Positions 26,398-32,000 of a stretch of 32,000 nucleotides of DNA are shown one piece after another. The notes beneath the pieces were generated by a model. It was not told where the DNA came from. It made no database searches and saw only the letters and a list, made by a program, of their open reading frames with translations. The position numbers were made by a program, and so were the translations under genes. Position 1 is the first letter of the stretch. Every line of letters begins with the position of its first letter. Source of the stretch: Flavobacteriaceae bacterium (lineage in GTDB: Bacteria; Bacteroidota; Bacteroidia; Flavobacteriales; Flavobacteriaceae); the NCBI GenBank assembly GCA_965224465.1, contig OZ245049.1:4110001-4142000 (forward strand), given 5' to 3'.

Positions 26398-27408
26398 ATG
26401 AGTATTCAGAAAAATATAATATCCGCTTCACCGCATGTACATTCGGGTAAAGCATTAAATACGGTTATGTACGACGTTGTCATAGCCTTGATTCCTGCAT
26501 TTTTGGTGTCCATTTATGTGTTTGGTGTCCCCGCGTTAATTACATCGGCAGTTGCAGTGACATCTTGTTTGTTATTTGAGTATGGGATTCAACGTTTTAT
26601 AATGAAAACCAAAACCTCTATTACAGATGGATCGGCATTAATTACGGGATTGTTACTGGCATTTAACCTTCCTTCCTCTATTCCTCTTTGGATGATTGTA
26701 GTTGGGAGTTTGGTAGCCATTGGTGTGGCAAAATTGTCTTTTGGTGGATTGGGGTTTAATATTTTTAATCCTGCGATTGTTGGGCGTGTGTTCTTACTTG
26801 TTTCGTTTCCTGTTCAAATGACGAGTTGGCCAAGTGCTAGCCCAGGTGAAATGCCTTTAAGTGATGCGGTTTCTGGTGCGACCCCTTTAGGGATTGTAAA
26901 AGAAGGCTTAATGTATGGAGAAACTATGTCGGATCTCGCTGCAAAAATCCCGTCAAATATTGATTTGTTTTTAGGGATGACAGGTGGTTCTTTGGGAGAG
27001 ATTTCTGTATTAGCACTGCTTTTAGGTGGTGTGTATTTAATCATTCGGAAAGTCATTACATGGCATATTCCTGTAGCTATGTTAGGGAGTATGATGTTGT
27101 TTTCAGGAGCGTTTTGGTTGTATGATCCTGAGCTTTATGCAAGTCCGTTATTTCATCTGTTGGCAGGGGGAGCTGTACTAGGCGCCTTTTTTATGGCAAC
27201 GGATATGGTAACGAGTCCTATGACAACCAAGGCAATGTTAGTTTTTGCTGCTATGATAGGGATTATTACCATGATTATTAGAATGTTTGGAGTGTATCCA
27301 GAAGGAGTTTCGTTTGCGATTTTAATCATGAATGCTTTTGTTCCATTGTTAAATAAGATGCTGAAACCGAAACGTTTTGGAGCTAAAATAACTGCTAAAT
27401 TTGTGTAA
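26398..27408 (+). CDS. rnfD: Rnf complex subunit D
   Basis: A polytopic 336-aa protein with the NqrB/RnfD-type FMN site context FFMATDMVTSP. Confidence 0.9.
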   Translation: MSIQKNIISASPHVHSGKALNTVMYDVVIALIPAFLVSIYVFGVPALITSAVAVTSCLLFEYGIQRFIMKTKTSITDGSALITGLLLAFNLPSSIPLWMIVVGSLVAIGVAKLSFGGLGFNIFNPAIVGRVFLLVSFPVQMTSWPSASPGEMPLSDAVSGATPLGIVKEGLMYGETMSDLAAKIPSNIDLFLGMTGGSLGEISVLALLLGGVYLIIRKVITWHIPVAMLGSMMLFSGAFWLYDPELYASPLFHLLAGGAVLGAFFMATDMVTSPMTTKAMLVFAAMIGIITMIIRMFGVYPEGVSFAILIMNAFVPLLNKMLKPKRFGAKITAKFV

Positions 27409-27411
27409 ATC

Positions 27412-27990
27412 ATGAAGAAAAAAGAATCAACTTTTATAAATATGTTAGTGGCATTATTTATAGTGACTTTAATTTCAGGACTGGCTTTGTCTTCTGTTAA
27501 TATTGCTACGGAAGGTCCTATTGCAGAAGCGAAATTAAAACGTAAGGTGGCCGCCATAGAAATGGTAGTCCCTTCTTTTGATAACAATCCTGTAGCGGAA
27601 ATGAAGACCGTTTTTAAAGAAGGATTTAAAGATAGTGTTGAGGTGTATATAGCGCGTAGCTCTGGAAAGTTTGTTGGTGCTGCTGTGATTGGAATGAGTT
27701 TAAAAGGATTTAATGGATTGATCAAAGTGATGGCAGGTTTTAATCCTGATGGTACAATCAAAAACATTCAAGTGTTAGAACAAAAGGAAACTCCGGGACT
27801 GGGAACAAAGATTAAAAGCGAGAAATTTATTCAACAATATGTAACTAAAAATCCGACATCTTTTAATTTGAAACCTAAAAAAGATGGTGGTCAGGTAGAT
27901 GCTTTGACTGGTGCAACTATTAGTACACGTGCTTTTAGCGAGGCGGTACAACAGGCGTATGATGTGTTTGAAAATTTAAAAAAGGACTAG
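27412..27990 (+). CDS. rnfG: Rnf complex subunit G
   Basis: A single N-terminal TM helix plus an FMN-binding domain with DALTGATISTRA. Confidence 0.88.
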   Translation: MKKKESTFINMLVALFIVTLISGLALSSVNIATEGPIAEAKLKRKVAAIEMVVPSFDNNPVAEMKTVFKEGFKDSVEVYIARSSGKFVGAAVIGMSLKGFNGLIKVMAGFNPDGTIKNIQVLEQKETPGLGTKIKSEKFIQQYVTKNPTSFNLKPKKDGGQVDALTGATISTRAFSEAVQQAYDVFENLKKD

Positions 27991-27994
27991 GAAT

Positions 27995-28594
27995 ATGGAA
28001 TCAACTGTAAATAAAAAAGAAACATTTTTAAGAGGGATTATTTCCGAGAATCCTATTTTTGTGATGTTGTTAGGGATGTGTCCTACACTTGGTGTTACAA
28101 CTTCGGGGTTTAATGGTTTAGGGATGGGAGTTGCAACTGCTTTTGTGCTTCTGATGTCAAATATTGTAGTGTCACAAGTAAAAAATCAAATTCCAAGTAA
28201 GGTGCGTATTCCAGCATTTATCATCATTATTGCATCTTTTGTAACCATTGTAGAAATGGTGCTTGAGGCGTATATTCCATTTTTATATGAGCAATTGGGA
28301 ATTTTTATTCCCTTAATTGTAGTCAACTGTTTGATCCTAGGTAGGGCAGAAGCTTTTGCATCGAAAAATAATTTGTTAGATTCAATTATTGATGCTTTGG
28401 GAATGGGATTAGGGTTTATTATGGCCTTAACCCTGTTAGGAACGGTCAGGGAAATTTTAGGAAGTGGAAGTATTTTCGGATTGTCATTTGTACCTGAAAA
28501 CGCCAGTACATTTATCGTGTTTATCTTGCCTCCAGGTGCATTTATTGCACTGGCATATTTATCAGCAATATTTAATAAAATACCTACAAAATAA
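27995..28594 (+). CDS. rnfE: Rnf complex subunit E
   Basis: A six-TM protein with LLGMCPTLGVT and ...VNCLILGRAEAFA, paralogous to RnfA. Confidence 0.88.
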   Translation: MESTVNKKETFLRGIISENPIFVMLLGMCPTLGVTTSGFNGLGMGVATAFVLLMSNIVVSQVKNQIPSKVRIPAFIIIIASFVTIVEMVLEAYIPFLYEQLGIFIPLIVVNCLILGRAEAFASKNNLLDSIIDALGMGLGFIMALTLLGTVREILGSGSIFGLSFVPENASTFIVFILPPGAFIALAYLSAIFNKIPTK

Positions 28595-28600
28595 GACATC

Positions 28601-29176
28601 ATGGAGTATATTTTAATTTTAATATCAGCGGTATTTGTAAATAACATAGTACTTGCTCAGTTTTTAGGGATTTGCCCGTTTTTTGGGGTTTCTAATAAAG
28701 TCTCTACCTCAATTGGAATGTCAGGTGCAGTGCTTTTTGTAATGACAATTGCCACAATGGCTACGTATTTATTACATCAATATGTATTAATACCTGCAGG
28801 ATTGGAGTATCTGAGAACCATTACATTTATCCTTGTGATAGCCGCCTTAGTGCAAATGGTAGAGATTATCTTAAAAAAAGTGAGTCCACCATTATATCAA
28901 GCCTTAGGGGTGTTTTTACCTCTAATTACAACAAATTGTGCCGTATTAGGAGTGGCTATTTTGGCTTTAGGTTTGGAAGATGTAAGTTTACTAAAAGCTG
29001 TTTTTTATGCCATTGCAAATTCTATTGGTTTTGGATTGGCATTGATTATTTTTGCAAGTATTAGAGAACAAATGGAATTGGCAGAAGTACCTAAAGGGAT
29101 GAAAGGAGTGCCAATTAATTTAATTATTGCAGGTTTGTTGTCTATGGCTTTTCTTGGTTTTACAGGATTGGTATAG
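28601..29176 (+). CDS. rnfA: Rnf complex subunit A
   Basis: A six-TM protein with FLGICPFFGVS and ...TTNCAVLGVA, and the last gene of the operon. Confidence 0.88.
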   Translation: MEYILILISAVFVNNIVLAQFLGICPFFGVSNKVSTSIGMSGAVLFVMTIATMATYLLHQYVLIPAGLEYLRTITFILVIAALVQMVEIILKKVSPPLYQALGVFLPLITTNCAVLGVAILALGLEDVSLLKAVFYAIANSIGFGLALIIFASIREQMELAEVPKGMKGVPINLIIAGLLSMAFLGFTGLV

Positions 29177-29292
29177 TTGTGGAGCTAAAAGCAGTGTCGT
29201 TTAGATACTTAAGGGAAGGTCTCTTTTTTTCTTTGAGTTTTCTTTTTTAAGAAAATAAGATGTGTTTGATATGATGATTCAGATTATCTTCA

Positions 29293-29300
29293 TATATTTG
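29293..29300 (+). promoter_or_regulatory. Candidate -7 box (TATATTTG) for rpsP
   Basis: Perfect TAnnTTTG 50 nt upstream of ATG 29351. A TTG lies 24 nt further upstream (29266-29268). Confidence 0.4.
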
Positions 29301-29350
29301 CACACTTAAAATTAATAATCAAGGTCGCGTACCTTAAAATTTAACACAAA

Positions 29351-29926
29351 ATGCCAGTAAAAATTAGATTACAAAGACACGGTAAAAAAGGAAAACCTTT
29401 TTATTGGGTAGTAGCTGCAGATGCACGCGCAAAAAGAGATGGTAAATACTTAGAGAAATTAGGTACTTACAATCCAAACGTTAACCCAGCAATTATTGAC
29501 TTAGATGTTGATGGAACTGTAAAATGGTTAAAAGACGGAGCGCAACCTACAGATACTGCAAGAGCAATCTTGTCGTACAAAGGAGTTATGCTAAAATATC
29601 ACCTTGCAGGAGGAGTAAGAAAAGGAGCTTTAACAGAAGAGCAAGCAGCGGAGAAATTCCAAGCTTGGGTAGATGCTAAAGCAGGAAAAATTACTGCAAA
29701 AGAAGATGGATTAGCTAAAAATGTTGAGGAAGAAAAAGCGAAAGCTTTTGCTGCTGAGCAAAAAGTAAACGAAGACCGTAAGGCTGCTGCTGATGCAGTA
29801 AAGAACGAAGCTATTAAAGTTGCTGCAGACGCGAAAGCTGCTGCTCAAGCTGCTGTTGCCAAAACTGAAGAAGCGAAGGAAGAAGCTCCAGAAAGTATTG
29901 ACGACGCACAAAACGCTGCTGAGTAA
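29351..29926 (+). CDS. rpsP: 30S ribosomal protein S16 with an Ala/Lys/Glu-rich C-terminal extension
   Basis: MPVKIRLQRHGKKGKPFYWVVAADARAKRDG... is the canonical S16 N-terminus. About 100 aa of low-complexity tail follow. Confidence 0.93.
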   Translation: MPVKIRLQRHGKKGKPFYWVVAADARAKRDGKYLEKLGTYNPNVNPAIIDLDVDGTVKWLKDGAQPTDTARAILSYKGVMLKYHLAGGVRKGALTEEQAAEKFQAWVDAKAGKITAKEDGLAKNVEEEKAKAFAAEQKVNEDRKAAADAVKNEAIKVAADAKAAAQAAVAKTEEAKEEAPESIDDAQNAAE

Positions 29927-29951
29927 TTCGTACACAAAAAAAATATCGAGG

Positions 29952-30482
29952 ATGCATAAAAAAGATTGTTTTTATTTAGGCAAAATCGTTAGAAAACACA
30001 GTTTTAAAGGTGAGGTGGTTATTAAATTAGACACTGATGAACCTGGACTGTACCAAAATTTGGAATCAGTTTTCGTCCTTCTGGGCGGAAATTTGATTCC
30101 TTTTTTTATTGAGGAATCTTTGTTGCAAAAGGGGAATCAATTAAGGGTGCGGTTTGAAGATGTTGATAGCGAGGCTGATGCCGATAATATTTTAGGAAGT
30201 GGTATTTATATGCCATTGACCATGTTGCCAAAATTAGAAGGAAATAAATTCTATTTTCATGAAGTGATTGGTTTTGAAGTGGAAGATGTAAATTTTGGAA
30301 ACGTAGGGGTTATTGATGGGATTAATGACAGTACTGCGCAGCCACTTTTTGAAATTAAAGAGGGTGATATAGAAATTTTAATTCCAATGATTGATGAGTT
30401 TATTGTGAAAATAGACCGTGAAAATAAAAAAGTAGTAGTCAATACCCCAGAAGGATTGATTGCCATGTATAAAGATATTTAA
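29952..30482 (+). CDS. rimM: Ribosome maturation factor RimM
   Basis: MHKKDCFYLGKIVRKHSFKGEVVIKLDTDEP... fits the RimM N-domain and PRC barrel. ATG 29952 is used. The first 44 codons in the ORF track overlap rpsP out of frame and are rejected. Confidence 0.85.
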   Translation: MHKKDCFYLGKIVRKHSFKGEVVIKLDTDEPGLYQNLESVFVLLGGNLIPFFIEESLLQKGNQLRVRFEDVDSEADADNILGSGIYMPLTMLPKLEGNKFYFHEVIGFEVEDVNFGNVGVIDGINDSTAQPLFEIKEGDIEILIPMIDEFIVKIDRENKKVVVNTPEGLIAMYKDI

Positions 30483-30491
30483 TTGCAGTAG

Positions 30492-31202
30492 ATGAAGCCG
30501 TTTGATTTTAAGGAGTTTAGCGTATCACAAGATAATACAGCCATGAAAATTGGTACAGATGCCGTACTTTTGGGGGCTTGGACATGTATTGATGATGCCG
30601 TGTTTAGTGTTTTAGATATTGGAGCTGGTACTGGGATTCTTGCGCTGCAAATGGCGCAACGATCGGATGCAGAACTGATTGATGCCGTAGAAATAGAAGC
30701 GAACGCTTATGAGCAATGTGTGGCTAATTTTGAGCAAAGTGATTGGGGAAATCGATTGTTTTGTTACCATGCTTCCTTAGAAGAATTTGTGGATGAAATA
30801 GAAGAACCGTATGATTTAATTATCTCAAACCCTCCTTTTTATACCAGTACTTATAAGGAATTAGAGCAAGCCCGTGCTATGGCAAGACATACGGAAAGTT
30901 TGTCTTTTGACGAATTGCTAAGTGCCTGTGCTGAAATGCTTACCGAAAATGGGCAATGTGCCTTTATAATACCTTTTGAACAAGAAGCTGCTTTTTTAGA
31001 AATAGCTAAAAAGAATGCCTTATTTCCCTGTAGAATTACCCACGTAAAAGGAAGAGAAGGAGCTGCTATTAAACGCAGCCTTCTACAATTATCTTTTGCT
31101 AGGTGTAAAGTACAAGCAACAAATTTAACGATAGAAATAGAACGCCACGTTTATACTAAGGAATATATTGATTTAGTGAAATCATTTTATTTGAAAATGT
31201 AA
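30492..31202 (+). CDS. tRNA1(Val) (adenine37-N6)-methyltransferase-like SAM-dependent methyltransferase
   Basis: FSVSQDNTAMKIGTDAVLLGAW, the SAM loop DIGAGTG, and the catalytic NPPF (ISNPPFY). Confidence 0.75.
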   Translation: MKPFDFKEFSVSQDNTAMKIGTDAVLLGAWTCIDDAVFSVLDIGAGTGILALQMAQRSDAELIDAVEIEANAYEQCVANFEQSDWGNRLFCYHASLEEFVDEIEEPYDLIISNPPFYTSTYKELEQARAMARHTESLSFDELLSACAEMLTENGQCAFIIPFEQEAAFLEIAKKNALFPCRITHVKGREGAAIKRSLLQLSFARCKVQATNLTIEIERHVYTKEYIDLVKSFYLKM

Positions 31203-31207
31203 GGGTA

Positions 31208-31759
31208 TTATACATTTTCAGCTTTTACATACCCCCAGTTTTCTCCGGATTTAATACGCCATAGCTGCATTTCAGAAACTCCAAATTGCTTTGCTAATAT
31301 TTTTAATCTTGTTTTTCTATTTGGGTCGGCAAGTTTTCTTTTTATAAGCTTTACCGTGGTTTCTGATAGTTTAGAATATTTTGGTTTTCTAAATTTATTA
31401 TCAGGATTCATCGTGTGATGTAAAGATAATTCGGCTTGAGTAGCCCATTTTAAATTGATGGTGTTGTTATTGAATTTTTGAAAATCTAAGTGAATCACAA
31501 ATTTTGCTTTTTCTGGCTTGTCCAGAAATAATTGTGCCACTATTTTATGTACATATCTACTGGTAGTTTTTCCAGATGTACGCCTAGCATGAATGGTTTT
31601 ATAACCATTAACTTCGCTGCCCTTAATTAATGTACCATGGATTAAATCAAATTTAAATGATTTGATACGTCCGTAATTTGAAAATTCATAACGTTCATTT
31701 TCGTTCCAATCTTCTTCGCGATATGATTTCCATAATTCAGGAAAGTTAAAATATTCCAT
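31208..31759 (-). CDS. Free-standing NUMOD4 / HNH_3-type homing-endonuclease-like protein with a C-terminal HTH
   Basis: The NUMOD4-like segment is W..NERYEFSNYGRIKS. The HNH_3-like segment is NGYK...VHKIVAQLF...VIHLDFQKFNNNTINLKWAT. The C-terminal HTH-like segment is ILAKQFGVSEMQLWRIKSGENW. Calls are from memory of the domain consensus. Confidence 0.55.
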   Translation of the reverse strand: MEYFNFPELWKSYREEDWNENERYEFSNYGRIKSFKFDLIHGTLIKGSEVNGYKTIHARRTSGKTTSRYVHKIVAQLFLDKPEKAKFVIHLDFQKFNNNTINLKWATQAELSLHHTMNPDNKFRKPKYSKLSETTVKLIKRKLADPNRKTRLKILAKQFGVSEMQLWRIKSGENWGYVKAENV

Positions 31760-31939
31760 TTAGAGTTGTTTTAGGAAAAGGTTGCTCAATATATTTTTGG
31801 GGATCAAGCCACCATTACTGTTTGTGTTTGGCAATTTACAACCACGGATTAGTAAATAACATGATATTTGTTGGAACACTTAAATTAATGGCTGAAATAT
31901 TCGTGGTTTGTAAAATCAACGTTAAATAATTGCGAAATA

Positions 31940-32000
31940 ATACCAAATACATTTCCAAAGTGACGGTTTAGAAATGGGATTATTATAGCTAGGCGAAAAA
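31940..32000 (+). repeat. X element copy D (left end, runs off the window)
   Basis: ATACCAAATACATTTCCAAAGTGACGGTTTAGAAATGGGATTATTATAGCTAGGCGAAAAA is collinear with copy B (11234-11300), including the TAGCTAGGC segment. Confidence 0.7.

Noticed and set aside
25588-28647. Long antisense ORFs in the rnf operon (25588..26094, 25803..26024, 26814..27056, 27153..27767, 28186..28647, and 23647..25067 fragments)
   Set aside because: They lie fully inside well-supported Rnf subunit genes on the other strand. Their compositions are typical of reverse-strand artefacts of membrane-protein genes.
29650-29926. The Ala/Lys/Glu-rich tail of S16 as a gene fusion or mis-assembly
   Set aside because: The frame is continuous with the S16 core. 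To my knowledge, long charged C-terminal extensions of S16 are normal in Bacteroidota, so this is lineage-typical rather than novel.
29820-29951. The 44-codon N-terminal extension of the rimM ORF, overlapping rpsP
   Set aside because: It overlaps the S16 tail in another frame and has a Lys/Leu low-complexity translation. A canonical RimM N-terminus begins at ATG 29952.
1-32000. tRNA, rRNA or tmRNA genes
   Set aside because: I scanned the intergenic regions for T-loop-like GTTCGAATC/GGTTCRA motifs and for rRNA-like GC-rich blocks and found none. No RNA gene can be supported from the sequence alone.

Overview
This is an AT-rich chromosomal window that looks like a Bacteroidota/Flavobacteriia genome. 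That taxonomy is inference only, based on a gldA-like ABC ATPase, TAnnTTTG -7 boxes, a long S16 and a DnaQ-DnaE fusion. Most of the window is housekeeping: nhaC, a DUF3667 protein, a porin-like outer-membrane barrel, rnhB, an NdpA-like nucleoid protein, a patatin-like lipase, lipB, Pmp3, gldA-like, a GIN-domain lipoprotein, two tandem PagL-like barrels, dnaE, a tightly packed rseC-rnfBCDGEA operon, rpsP-rimM-tRNA m6A methyltransferase, and a free-standing NUMOD4/HNH gene. I saw no rRNA, tRNA or CRISPR array. The outstanding feature is the stretch from 5.9 to 11.2 kb between rnhB and the NdpA-like gene, whose only intact genes are two IS transposases. It is an 11-unit head-to-tail tandem array of 227-270 bp units, about 2.8 kb in total. 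Each unit carries a GC-rich hairpin, a leader, and the first ~55 codons of an IS200/RayT-like (HUH Y1) transposase gene. The gene fragment stops just before the HUH motif and has the same frameshift in every copy. Six units also end in the right terminus of a MITE/REPIN-like element, here called X, which has four further copies in the window. An IS256-family and an IS30-family element have inserted 6 bp apart in one unit, and both retain their target-site duplications. I regard the array plus the X elements as the candidate undescribed system. Its function, if any, is unknown, and all family assignments are from memory and need a database search.
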